Below, piece after piece: positions 1-11,400 of a stretch of DNA of 64,000 nt (position 1 is the stretch's first letter; every line of letters starts with the position of its first letter). The DNA lies in contig CATNEN010000038.1 in the NCBI GenBank assembly GCA_950097015.1, positions 27,280,001-27,344,000 of the forward strand, written 5' to 3'. Below the pieces are notes generated by a model, which did not search any database, was not told the DNA's origin, and worked only from the letters and a program-made list of their open reading frames with translations. The DNA comes from Macrostomum hystrix. Taxonomy: Eukaryota > Animalia > Platyhelminthes. Position numbers and translations under genes: made by a program.

Positions 1-88
1 ACTTAGTTTGACCACAGCTGCAATGACCAGCCCAGCTGTAATGACCAGCCCAGCTGTAATGACCAACCCAGCTGCACTGACCAGCCCA
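1..88. repeat. 18-bp minisatellite remnant (cagctgcaatgaccagcc), reverse complement of the SLBP intron array
   Basis: About 4 units visible; the unit is the reverse complement of gctgggctggtcattgca at 4312-4765. Confidence 0.85.
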
Positions 89-1117
89 TGCATGGAAAAA
101 CCACACTGCTTTTATCCCAGGAAAAGACCATAGGGGTATTTCAAATACCCAGCCTACTACATGAAAGCTCCCAAAGCAAATGAAAGTTTCATGAAATTTT
201 CATGAAAGTTCTTATTGATCAACTAAATTTCAAGCAGTGCTTTGCTTAAGATGTTTCAAAATATTTTGGCTACTTCTTGTTTCCTACCTACCGAATCAAT
301 CTTAAATGGGTCTTAGCACTAGATAGGCTCTAGTAGGGCTATCCTTTATGGATTCTAGACACTTTGTAATCTTACAACTTTGTTAGACTTTAAAGAAACC
401 CGTGAGTGTATTGTTTTGTAGAGTTATTAATTATTATTTATGTCTGTTATGTATATATAGCAAAACTATAAAATAGCTAAATGACATTTGCATACTATGG
501 TAAAAAACTTTTATTACAACTTTAGTTATAAACGAGTTTTCTTAGAACAATTTCTGTAATGGCGGCGAGCATTGGGCTTAACCATGTCAACCTATAAATG
601 TTCATCATTTTTTCTTCGTACTATTGGCGATTGTCGTCTCATTCTAACCTATACTAGCTAGATCTGTATTCTAGACTTGTCTTTTGTCGCACCGTTTAAA
701 TAACCTCATTTTAGGCTGGACTATGCAGTGGACTTAAAATAGCTTCTTGATTGGCAAAGCCAATAAACAGTTCGGTAAATTCCGCATAGACCTAGTCCAC
801 CGCATTATAAGGTTTGTTAAACAGTGCGGTTTTTTAACATGTTATAAACTGTGCGTTAGGCCTAAAAACGGCTAACTTCACCACAGGGTAATGTTGACAT
901 TACTATGCAGTAAAGTTAGTGTTTTTACCGCGTGGTAAAATGTTGCTAAAGTCGCCTGCCCTCACTGCCATTGCTAATAGGGTGCCTGTAGCATGAGCAG
1001 CAGCACCTTCTGTACTGGCTGGGGGCAATACGCTTCAGTGCGGATGAGATGGCCCATCAGCAGAAGTTGCCTGCGGCACAGCAACTCGCTTGGATGAGCA
1101 AGGCTGGCGTGGTGATA

Positions 1118-1760
1118 GGGTAATGTATCATCAACCAAACAAGAATGTGTATTTTTTTAACTTCAAACCTAAGCTACAGATTTTCTATTTAAGATATGAT
1201 GATAAATCAAAAGCCAAGTTATAGAAAACAGTTACATCTTTCTAAAAAGTATCTGCTTTTGCTATTTTATCAAATAGAAAAAAGTTATTCCTGCTTTTTT
1301 TTCTAAAACCGAACAATGATTTTCATGTATCTTCAAACCAAACAGAGAATTTGATGTTTGGTTTTAAAATTTGAGTGAGTGGTTTAATCTTATTTTAAGG
1401 AGTTAACTATCATGAATTATGTCATTTGAAGGCATTTTTCATGCTCTATAAATAACTACATTTATGGTCATTTAATTGGCAAGCAACCACATACAATCTT
1501 TGTCTAAAGTACATACTGAAAAAATGTTGTTAAAAAGTATGCTTTTGTAATAAAAATTTCTACTGAAACATCAATATCTTTCTTTCCTCTTAATGCTTCA
1601 TTGCACATCATGCCTCAGCTTGTAGATAATTTCTTCAACTTTCAAATTAGTTGTTCTGTGAAACACAATAGCTTGTTTCTGTCTTGCATAAGACCAAGGA
1701 AGAAGTCAAAATTCTTGTTCGGTTTTGAAGATACACTGTTCGGTTGATGATACATTACCC
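1118..1760. mobile_element. Non-autonomous DNA transposon (MITE-like), TA-flanked
   Basis: Terminal inverted repeats GGGTAATGTATCATCAACC(A/G)AACA at both ends, TA on each side (1116-1117, 1761-1762), AT-rich noncoding interior. Confidence 0.8.
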
Positions 1761-2151
1761 TAGACTGCTGCATTGGTGGTGTTGTGTGGTCATAGCCGAG
1801 TTTAAAGGCAGTCCGCAGCAAATTAGTTATGTCCAGTTTCACTCTTTAATCAGTTGCATTGCTAAGCTAAACCCAAAAATATTTGTTGAAGATTAAGAAG
1901 AAAGATTTTTACATCTCATTTGGGTGCTTAAGTTGAAAAACCCTAAGCTAATTTAATAGTGTTTAAGTTAGAAGGTAATATTTTGGAGGACTTAGGCCCA
2001 ATGAATATTAGGCCTATGTAATGTATATGAGCTATTAAATGTAAATTTAGGCATATTTTGAAATCTTAAACATTATGCAAAATTTTTCCTGGTTAGTCAA
2101 AAAACTAAATGTATTTATTGTATTGTACAGCTAGGCCAATATAGCTATATT

Positions 2152-2551
2152 CCCTATTGGAATAAGTTTTCAGACACTGTGGACAGTGCATCTAGTGCGC
2201 CATGGCAATCATAAAGTGGCCTGGACGGTGCGTCATGACAATCTTCAAATCCTAAGGTGGTATGGACGATGTGTCATTCAAATCTTCAAATCCTAGGGTG
2301 CCATTCAAATCCTAGCGTTTTACTTACAGTTTGCTGAATTTCCACCGTGCTGCTGACTTTCTCCTGTGCATGCTTCTCATCCTTGTTCAGCAGCGCTGTA
2401 TGTAGCGCGTGATGTCCTCCTTGCATCTTACCTGTGAGCTGCTGTGCGTCATGGCGCATGGCGCGCTACGCGCGCCATGTGCCATGACTATGAGGAAAAA
2501 GAAAAAGTGCGCCGGACGCCGTCCGCGAAAATACCACTTATTCCAATAGGG
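2152..2551. mobile_element. 400-bp MITE with 16-bp TIRs and 8-bp TSD
   Basis: Perfect TIR CCCTATTGGAATAAGT / ACTTATTCCAATAGGG; direct repeat GCTATATT at 2144-2151 and 2552-2559. Confidence 0.9.
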
Positions 2552-3341
2552 GCTATATTTAGGCCTATAGCTATGCCTATGGCCTGTGGCTAAATACTAG
2601 ATACATCACATATGCTTGTTCAGTTTTATTAGCTGGCTCTGTGTATAGCCAAGTATTTATAAAAAATAATATTAAAAAAAATGATTTAAAATATAAGAAC
2701 ATATTCTTAAAAATATTTTTTTTATAAGTTATATGTAACTTCAATCCTCAAATTCTGCCCAGCATCAAAAAGTAGGGGCCTAGCATCGACATTGTTCTCT
2801 AAGCAAGCTGTTGCTCTTGTTGTAAACTCCTTTAGACAGTGTTGTTACGTCTGAATGCTACTGATGCTAATGCTTCAGTTGCTACTGAATTAGGACATGA
2901 TCAGTGGCATTAGTAAGCATTTAGCCTATGCCCTTTAGATAGCCAAACTATTAGTAGGGGCCTATATGACACTTATGCCTAGGGCCTGATCAACAGCCTG
3001 ATTGGCCTTCCTCTTGCAAGGGTCACTAGCTACCAAGACTAAGATGTTGACTAATATCACTTGAATGTCTTTGGCTATGTGGCTGTTATATAGCACAATT
3101 AAACTCAAGTAAACATATCTACCACCAAACTTATACTTTTAATTGCTAATGATAATCTCACAATCAATAAATTTCTTACCCTTAGTCCCATTATTGCAAT
3201 GAATACTATCTTCATCTTGGATTTTGATCCATTAAGAAGTTAATAGAATATTGATAGATAAAAATAACAAATGAAAAAGTATACCTATTCTGACAACAAA
3301 ACTGACTAATTGAAATTCAATTAATTGGGCGGAGCTGCTTG

Positions 3342-3392
3342 CTTGGCCCTCATTTCACCCAGCCAGTTTGGCTGGGTGAAATGAGGGCCAAG
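3342..3392. repeat. Perfect 24-bp inverted repeat with 3-nt loop
   Basis: cttggccctcatttcacccagcca-gtt-tggctgggtgaaatgagggccaag. Confidence 0.9.
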
Positions 3393-3393
3393 G

Positions 3394-3860
3394 AAGGTAA
3401 GTCGCAAAAACCAATCAACCAAGCGCAAAAAATCTAAGGCGGGACCAAGGGACAAAAAAGAAAAGGAAAAAGGGAGAGAAAAAGAGAGCAAACTAAGTCG
3501 TAAATAGAGCAAAAACTGAGTCGCATGGCCGGCTAAGATTTGGGAGGTTGCGCATGTATGATCTATCTTTGTATGATGCATACATGCGCAACACCCGGCC
3601 GAACTGGCCGTGTGAAACGAGTGCCAAGCAAGGTAAGTCGCAAAAACCAATTGACCAATCGCAAAAAAATTAAAGGGGGGGCAAGGGACAAAAAAGGAAG
3701 GCATGTAGAAAAGGAAAAAAAGGAGAGAAAAAGAGCAAACTAAGTCATAAATAGAGCAATGAAACGAACTAAGTCACAAATGAGAGCAAACTTTGTCGTA
3801 AATAGAGCAAAAACTAAGTCGCATGGCCGGCTTACATTTAGGAGGTTGCGCATGTATGGT
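3394..3860. repeat. Imperfect local direct duplication
   Basis: aaggtaagtcgcaaaaaccaat at ~3394 and ~3630; gtcgcatggccggc...ggaggttgcgcatgtatg at ~3520 and ~3818. Confidence 0.7.
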
Positions 3861-4024
3861 ATGATGTATTTGTAGACTAATTCTAGTTGTATCTTGTTTG
3901 TATTTGTACTTTTGTAATAATATTAGGTTTTCATCCTTTGATATCAATGTCAATTGGAAATTTTAATTAGATAAAAAATACAGAGAATTTTAACAAAATC
4001 CCTCGCCTTTGCAGCCTTGAGAAG

Positions 4025-5513
4025 ATGGAGAACCATCGAAAGGCGTCATCACCACATTTTTGTCGAGACAGCAGCCGATCGCGGAGTCGAATCTCACGGC
4101 CTTCTCTGCCCGCCTCTGTAGTTGCCACCTCGGCAATGTCCTCGCCAACAGTCAGCGACAAGCGTTGCAGCTTCTTTGCAGCTGGCCGCAGCAGGCTGGC
4201 AGGCAGGGCGGCTCCGGGCTCCACTGAACGCCCGCCTCTTCGCCGACTGCCGCCACGCTACTACAGTGCCGACATCGAACTGCGGCAGGTGCGATTGAGC
4301 GGGTGGGGACAGTAGCTGTATGCTGGGTTGGTCATTGCAGCTGGGCTGGTCATTGCAGCTGGGCTGGTCATTGCAGCTGGGCTGGTCATTGCAGCTGGGC
4401 TGGTCATTGCAGCTGGGCTGGTCATTGCAGCTGGGCTGGTCATTGCAGCTGGGCTGGTCATTGCAGCTGGGCTGGTCAGTGCAGCTGGGCTGGTCATTGC
4501 AGCTGGGCTGGTCATTGCAGCTGGGCTGGTCAGTGCAGCTGGGCTGGTCATTGCAGCTGGGCTGGTCATTGCAGCTGGGCTGGTCATGGCAGCTGGGCTG
4601 GTCATTGCAGCTGGGCTGGTTATTGCAGCTGGGCTGGTCAGTGCAGCTGGGCTGGTCAGTGCAGCTGGGCTGGTCAGTGCATCTGTTCATTGCAGCTGGG
4701 CTGGTCATTGCAGCTGGTCACTTCATCTGGTCGGTGCAGCTGGGTTAATCATTGCTGCTGGTCAATGCAGCCCAGGCTCTCATATCTGAGTTTCGGTCTG
4801 AATATCGCCTGACTGCACTGCACGCTGCCAAATTCTTGCAGGTGAAGGAGCGCATGCCGATGTACTCGGACTGGGCCAAGCAGGACGAGCTGTTCGAGAC
4901 CACCAGGCGCGACAAGCAGCGCTACGAGGCCAAGCAGGCGCAGAAGCGGCAGTCGCAGAGCCTCAACGGCAGCCTGGGAGCCAATCTGAACGCTTCGTTG
5001 AACTCGAACGCCTCCGACAGCAGCTGCTTCGAGTTAGAGGACGACGAGGCGGTGCTGCTGCGCAGGCAGCGCGACATCGACAAGTCGAAGAACCTGAAGG
5101 CCTACGCCAGCTACGCCAAGGCGGTGCCGAAGCCGCTTCGGGAGAAGGGCGACCCGCGAACGCCCAACAAGTTTGTCCGCATGTCCCGCAGGGCCTGGGA
5201 CGGCTGCGTCAAGCAGTGGAAGCTGCAGCTGCACCGCTGGGACGATGCGGCCAGCAGCAGCGGCGGCGTATCGCCACGTTCTTCGCCATCGCCGACGCCG
5301 TTGACGAAGTCGCCGCCAGTACTCGCCGACGTCGAGGACGGCGACTCGCGCACTCTGACAGCCGCGCCTGCCGCCACCTCCAGCGTCCAGCCCGATGCTC
5401 TGCACAGCGGCCTCACCAGCGACGTCCAAGGCCTTGCGGTCGGCTGTCCCAGACTGTGCCGCAAGCGGTCCTCGGCCCTCACCGACTCCCCTTCCAAGAA
5501 GCTGAAGCACTGA
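4025..5513 (+). CDS. SLBP: Histone RNA hairpin-binding protein (stem-loop binding protein), ~311 aa
   Basis: Exons 4025-4288 and 4842-5513 (phase 0, CAG|GT..CAG|GT). RNA-binding domain DEAVLLRRQRDI..AY..Y...VP..LR...PRTPNKF..SRRAWDG.VK.WK..LH.WD matches the SLBP family, and DWAKQDE resembles the DWxxxVEE motif. The start codon is inferred. Confidence 0.93.
4312..4765. repeat. 18-bp minisatellite (gctgggctggtcattgca) in SLBP intron
   Basis: Over 20 tandem units fill most of intron 4289-4841. Confidence 0.97.
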
Positions 5514-6984
5514 CTGCCTTCAGTGCCACCAGCAGCTGCTGCCTAACACTGTAAAAGGTTGATTTGTTGTTCTGTGCTTGTATGTCAAAATTTTACAGAA
5601 CACTTCAATTTCGCTTTGTTTTCGTCAGCAATGCATTTTTGTCTGACTGTTTCGTTTTATTGTGTTTTCTATTTCAAATATTAATATTCTGGTTCAGGTT
5701 TGGCAGGCTGTATTATAACTACAACAGCTTTAATTTGCTTTACCTGTTTTGCCACCGTGCTTCAGATACATTTTGGCTTTTCACTGCCTCTGAAATCTTT
5801 GCAGAGGGTGTATTTATTTTTATATGAATAATGCTTTGGTGAATTGCGCTATCTTACGCCCACCCTAATGTACATTAGAATCCTATCCTAACTAGCCTAC
5901 GCCCAACCAACTGTACATTAGATTCCTAACTTCACGAAAATAATTTTACCGCCCGTTCATAACGTTTAAAATTTAGGGCAAGCAATTTGAATTATTTACA
6001 TTCTTATCATTTTAAATACATAGTAAATGTGCCATGTACTTGTATTGACAATTTTGTACAGTTTTTATGCAATAATTCGTTTTAGCATTTGTCAATTTTA
6101 CAAATAGGTACCAAGTGAAAAATAATTTCCATTTAATATCATTGGGCTTTGTAACTGTCTTTGTATTTTTTCTAAACTAAGATAGAATTCAATGCAAGTT
6201 TTATGGTATAGCTAGTTCAGGACTTGAAAACTGAATGATTTTTTCGGGTCACTAAGTTTTTTTTATCTGGATTAGAAATATAAATCTGCACGAAAATGTG
6301 CCTGTATTACGTCAGCACTTCAACCTGCAACATCAAGCCAATCAGCTCTGTTGCCAAGTGGTTGCTACGTGCAACAATCAACAGGCTATAGAACTATACA
6401 AGCTTATTGTAACCGGATAAGGAGGCTATATTAGGCTTTTTGTATGAGTGCCGTGAGCCACCTCAACTCACTTAAGCTACAGCTATTTTTTACTTAAATC
6501 GTTGAGTTACCCTAATTTACCTGTTGCCCTACCTGACTACGTACAGCTGTTCAGTGTTTATATAGCAATAGAATGCCTTATTTAATGATGCAAATTGTTT
6601 CTTTCGGCTGAGAATCAAACTCCCCATCTCAAACCTAGCCTATGTCAGACCGAAGCTTTTGAAGTGCAACCAATCATAAAAATCTATTTGGAAGGAAAGT
6701 AAGCACAACTTTAGCCTGTCAAACGTCAGCCATGCAACCTGCTTAAACTGCATAGTGGTTGCTAACGCGCAACAATGGATAGGCGATATAGACTTGTAAA
6801 AAAACATGAGCTCATAGCAACCGGATAAGGTGGCAATGTTTGGCTTTGCAGTGCCTTGAGCCACCTCAACTAGCTTGAGCTACATTTATTTACTAGATGT
6901 TTGTTATATAATATTTAGGAATAATATATTTATTGATTTCACCTGCCCCAATTGTGCCAGGACGCCACACCCACCCAGCCACCC

Positions 6985-7117
6985 TCAATTATCCCAGCTA
7001 ATGCTGGTACCCATTTAACAGTGTCTTGCTAAAGAACACAAATTCTTCCGGTAAAGTCAGGAATCGAACCCACGACCTTGAAGTCGTGAGTCCGACGCAC
7101 TAACCACTAACTACTCC
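6985..7117 (-). mobile_element. tRNA-derived SINE (CORE-like family), partial
   Basis: On -: A box (tagtggttagtg), B box (ggttcgattcc), then tgtgttctttagcaagacact..aaatgggtaccagc. Confidence 0.75.
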
Positions 7118-7521
7118 TTATATTAAATGCGATAAAATATATGTACTTGTCTTCTCAACAGACTGCTACTAACTGAGCTATCCAATAATAATACTCTGTT
7201 GCAGCACCTAGAAAATAATTTTCTATTGTATCCATAAAAATGGGACTTAAGCCTGTCACACGTCAGCCAAGCAACCTGCATACTAAGCCCAGTGGTTGCT
7301 AACGCGCAACAATGGATAGGCGATATAGACTTGTAAAAAAACATGAGCTCATAGCAACCGGATAAGGTGGCAATGTTTGGCTTTGCAGTGCCTTGAGCCA
7401 CCTCAACTAGCTTGAGCTACATTTATTTACTAGATGTTTGTTATATAATATTTAGGAATAATATATTTATTGATTTCACCTGCCCCAATTGTGCCAGGAC
7501 GCCACACCCACCCAGCCACCC

Positions 7522-7654
7522 TCAATTATCCCAGCTAATGCTGGTACCCATTTAACAGTGTCTTGCTAAAGAACACAAATTCTTCCGGTAAAGTCAGGAA
7601 TCGAACCCACGACCTTGAAGTCGTGAGTCCGACGCACTAACCACTAACTACTCC
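7522..7654 (-). mobile_element. tRNA-derived SINE (CORE-like), copy created by the 537-bp duplication
   Basis: Identical to 6985-7117 at +537. Confidence 0.75.
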
Positions 7655-8407
7655 TTATATTAAATGCGATAAAATATATGTACTTGTCTTCTCAACAGAC
7701 TGCTTCTAATTGAGCTATCCAATAATGATACTCTGTTGCAGCACCTAGAAAATAATTTCTTTTTGTATCCATAAAAATGGGACTTGAGCCTGTCACACGT
7801 CAGCCAAGCAACCTGCTTGCTAAGCCCAGTGGTTGCTAACGCGCAACAATGGATAGGCGATATAGACTTGTAAAAAAACATGAGATCATAGCAACCGGAT
7901 AAGGTGGCAATGTTTGGCTTTGCAGTGCCTTGAGCCACCTCAACTAGCTTGAGCTACAATTTTCTGCAAAACAAAGCTAGTTTCGAACTGACTTCGAATC
8001 AGAAAAAAAATTAAACTTGTGATTTAACAAATCGGCAAAAATAGTAAATTTTACTACCTCCTAAACCTGCTTGAGGATTTAACAAAAAATTATATATATT
8101 TGCTGTTGAATTCTTTAAGAAGAATATCAGTGTCAGAATTGTTACTACTGAAAGTTACACAAAATATTCTACATACTACTAAGCTATGAGTAGTAATGAT
8201 TGACTTAAGCCAGCCTGTCACACGTGAGCCGAGCAACCTGCCCATTACCCAGTGTTTGCTAACGCGCAACAATTGACAGACGATAGAAAATCGAAAGTGT
8301 AAGCTCATTGAAACCGGATAAGGTGGAAATGTAAAGATTATAGTGAAATTGCATCGAGCCACCTCAACTGACATCAGCTACAACCATTTAGTATATTGGA
8401 CTAGCAA

Positions 8408-11400
8408 ATGCTCCCCCTTCTTCTATTATCTAAGTTTTTGGTAGTCTTTGTAAGTCTAATTTGGTAGTTAATTCGCTGGTATTCTAATTTGCAAGCTACA
8501 CTGTAGTTAGCATATTACTGCCTTTACAGTCCGGCACTCTAACAAAAGCGTCTGTCGCCATTGCGACGACAAAAACTGTATCGAAATTGCGTCGTCGTAT
8601 ATATCGCCTGTTCGTTCAGTCTGGAGTGCCTGACCCTGCGGCCAGCGCTAAATACCTGCTGGCTCACTGCATTGGCCAGAGAACGGTGAGTGCAAATCAG
8701 AGCTACTGATCTTTGTTTTTATGTGATTATTAAGACAAAGTTTCAAAGCTGACTGGCCATGCTAGTAGAAACATCAGCATCAAATACCAAATTTCGGTTG
8801 CTTACTAATTATAATGATTAGTATACTAATAATAATACGAATACGAATACTATGATCATCATTAGAATCTAAACTGTTGGTTGCTATTTTCATAATCAAC
8901 ACTTGTTTGCTTTGTTCATTATAAAATTTACTCTTGGTAGCTATAGTTAGTATCGAATAAAAACTATTGGTTGCTATGGCCAGTATCAGGGGGGTCGGTG
9001 GCAGAGCTGTTATCGCGTCTGCCTCTCGCACCACGGTCCCTAAGTTCGATTCCGCAGCGAGGCCACATTTATTTGGGGCGCAGCCGCGGAGAGAAGGCTT
9101 GGGTGCTTGTCGTGCAATTTACGCCCTTGAGGGCCAACCTCCAAGGCACAGTGAAGTCTACACTGCCTGACGATGAGAAAGGCAGGGCAGATGTACACGC
9201 CTGTGTGAGCGTATGCCTGCGTACGGTATCTGTGTGCGTGTGTGCTCAGGAGTCAGCGAAATGGGCAGAATTGCCTCCTCGCTGGCTGCGGGTCTAGTGT
9301 CACCAAATTATGTGTCATTGCCCGCAGCCCTCCTGCAATTATTATTATTATTATTATGGCCAGTATCGTGTGTAAACTCTTGGCTGCTATGGCCAGTATC
9401 GAATAAAAACTCTTAGTTGCTATGGTCACGATCAAGTGTGAACTTTTGGTTGCTATGCAAGTATTATGTGATCAGTGCCACATCCGTAGGCTATGCAGGG
9501 TATATCACGCTCTTTTCAAATTTAAAGTCAAATTGTAATTCGAAAATAATAGAGCACTTTTAGTTTTAATAAAAGTACAACTGTAGCAACCGCTCTTAGA
9601 TTGACTGAACTTACTCATAGTCACTGAACTCGAAGACTGATTTTCAATTAATTTCTAGCACTTTATCAAACCCAGCTTATCTGTGGCTTCTACTGGGTCA
9701 GGCTTCCCAAAATTGATAAAAAATAGTAATGACTTTAAATTAAAATCTATCTTTATAAACCCTCAGTGATTCCCATGCAGAATTGTCACCAAATCTCATC
9801 GTTGCCTCTCTTTTCAGATAACACCGGAAGAGAGGCTATTCGAACTAAATCAACAGCAGAGAGACATGCTGATGCATTTGTGCGAACGTCGCCTCAAGAG
9901 GTTACTTTTCAATTTACGAGGTTTCATTGGCAGGTTTACTGAGGTTTCATTGGCAGGTTTACTGAAGTTTCATTGGCAGGCTTACTGAGGTTTCATTGGC
10001 AGGTTTACTGAGGTTTCATTCACACGTTACCTAAAGTTCAATTATATTAAATAGGGAGGTTAAATTTTCAGATCCTGAGGTTCCATTCTCAGATCCTGAC
10101 GTTCCGTTCTCAGATCCAGATTTTCCATTCTGAGATCCTGACGTTCCGTTCTCAGATCCTGACGTTCCGTTCTCAGATCCTGATTTTACATTCTCAGATC
10201 CTGATTTTCCATTCTGAGATCCTGAGGTTCCATTCTCAGATCCTGAGTTTCCATTCTCAGATCCTGATTTTCCATTCTGAGATCCTGAGGTTCCATTCTC
10301 ACATCCTGAGGTTCCATTCTCAGATCCTGATTTTCCATTCTGAGATCCTGAGGTTCCATTCTCAGATTCTGAGGTTCCATTCTGAGATCCTGAGTTTCCA
10401 TTCTCAGATCCTGATTTTCCATTCTGAGATCCTGAGGTTCTATTCTCAGATCCTGAGGTTCCATTCTCAGATCCTGATTTTCCATTCTGAGATCCTGAGG
10501 TTCTATTCTCAGATCCTGAGGTTCCATTCTCAGATCCTGAGGTCCCATTCTTAGATTCAGAGAATTTTTGTGTGAAGGTATTCAAGTTCTATTTTTCATT
10601 TTGTGCCTGAATATACGAGCGTAGTAATGCTTTGTGCTTTAAGATTTTGCTCTGTGCGGATTCCCAAACCGACTTTGAAAGTAATCTTCATTCCCCGACT
10701 ATCATGCTGACCCTCAATAGGGAGCCGCTGCAGTATATTCTCGGCGAATGGGACTTTCGCGATGTCAACCTCACCATGCGGGCTCCTGTGTTCATTCCCC
10801 GGCCTGAGACTGAGGTGAGCTGACTGCCTGCCTGCCTGCCTGTCTGTCTGTCTGCCTGCCGTCTGAATGCCTGTCTGCCTGTCTGTCTGCCTGCCTGCCT
10901 GCCTGTCTGTCTGTCTGTCTGTCTGCCTGTCTGTCTGCCTGCCGTCTGCCTGTCTGTCTGCCCGTCTGTCTGCCTGTCTGTCTGCCTGTCTGTCTGCCTG
11001 CCGTCTGCCTGTCTGTCTGTCTGCCTGTCTGTCTGTCTGTCTGCCTGTCTGTCTGCCTGTCTGTCTGTCTGTCTGTCTGTCTGCCTGTCTGTCTGCCTGC
11101 CTGTCTGTCTGTCTGTCTGTCTGCCTGCCTGTCTGTCTGTCTGCCTGCCTGCCTGCCTGTCTGTCTGTCTGTCTGTCTGCCTGTCTGTCTGCCTGCCGTC
11201 TGCCTGTCTGTCTGCCTGTCTGTCTGCCTGTCTGTCTGCCTGTCTGTCTGCCTGCCGTCTGCCTGTCTGTCTGTCTGTCTGTCTGCCTGTCTGTCTGCCT
11301 GTCTGTCTGCCTGTCTGTCTGTCTGTCTGTCTGTCTGTCTGCCTGTCTGTCTGCCTGCCTGCCTGCCTGTCTGTCTGTCTGCCTGCCGTCTGCCTGCCTG

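Larger units (their letters stand above)
6300..8380. repeat. Five copies of a ~170-bp motif, including a 537-bp tandem duplication
   Basis: Motif cctgtca..cgtcagc..caacctg..gtggttgctaacgcgcaacaat..aaccggataaggtgg..gagccacctcaact..agctac at ~6300, 6714, 7250, 7787 and 8212. Near-identical ORF starts at 6864/7401/7938 give a 537-bp period. Confidence 0.9.

Noticed and set aside
5034-5554. Overlapping antisense and alternate-frame ORFs in SLBP exon 2 (and similarly in the LINE)
   Set aside because: Shadow ORFs of GC-rich coding sequence.
7040-7117. Possible tRNA genes (also ~8990-9065 and ~12260-12332)
   Set aside because: A and B boxes are present, but there is no clean cloverleaf and each continues into a SINE body; called SINE heads.
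6640-7938. Three similar short ORFs MAQGTAKPNIATL..
   Set aside because: Non-ATG starts, products of the 537-bp duplication, and no recognisable domain.
9255-9295. cctcctcgctggc resembles the HDV ribozyme P3/L3 segment
   Set aside because: I could not build P1, P2 or P4 of the nested pseudoknot around it.
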